Below, piece by piece: positions 63,680 through 64,000 of a stretch of 64,000 nt of DNA. The stretch is from assembly GCF_006345805.1 (NCBI RefSeq), contig NC_043006.1, positions 7,874,001 through 7,938,000 on the forward strand, written 5' to 3'. A model generated the notes under the pieces. It was given only the letters and a program-made list of their open reading frames with translations. It searched no databases and had not been told where the DNA came from. How positions within the stretch are numbered: the stretch's first letter is position 1; each line of letters opens with the position of its first letter. This DNA comes from Octopus sinensis. Lineage: Eukaryota. The position numbers were made by a program, and so were the translations under genes.

Positions 63680-64000
63680 GTCCCTTAAAGGCTGACAATA
63701 TGCGCTTCTCTGATCATGAGCTGAAGTAGTGGGGGACCATCATAGCCAGAAGTTGAGGAGAATTCTTTGGGGTTTGGATAATTCACCATTGGAAACAGGG
63801 GTGTTTTGTTCAACATCCTTAAACAACTCGTATTCAGGGACCTTTTGAGCGGGAGGGTTACTCGAACTGAAGCAAATTGTAACTGGGCCCCCACCTGCAA
63901 GGTAATGCACTGTTTATCTTGATATGAGATCATCATGTTGCGCACATATGGTTGTGATGCATGTGCCTAGTGTACCCTTATCAGACGAGTAGTCATGATG
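63680..64000 (+). mobile_element. Partial copy of the 527-bp element, runs off the window
   Basis: Collinear with ~59770-60060. Confidence 0.9.

Overview
AT-rich, microsatellite-saturated eukaryotic DNA. The SINE families, TAA-targeting Dong/R4 LINEs, Penelope-like elements (PLEs) and (TA)n/(TACA)n load suggest an octopus-type cephalopod genome; this is inferred from recalled repeat families, not from a search. I find no convincing host gene, only one weak 63-nt candidate exon. The window is mostly transposon debris: tRNA-derived SINEs, four ~398-bp non-autonomous Helitrons, mariner/Tc1 and MULE remnants, REL-endonuclease LINE fragments, PLE RT and GIY-YIG fragments, a Gypsy integrase with an LTR, and an L1/Tx1 endonuclease start. 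Most ORF-track entries are microsatellite or SINE artefacts. The best signal, missed by the ORF track, is eight type I hammerhead-ribozyme-like motifs from about six sequence families. They include two U3-A8 core covariants, a ~200-bp (TA)n-flanked retrozyme-like unit, a same-strand concatemer at 61.9-63.2 kb, and a fold-back junction 5-7 nt from a predicted cleavage site. Also notable are an internally deleted Dong/R4 element with an intact endonuclease-only 193-aa ORF and several long near-perfect palindromes. All RNA folds were done by eye; no activity is demonstrated.
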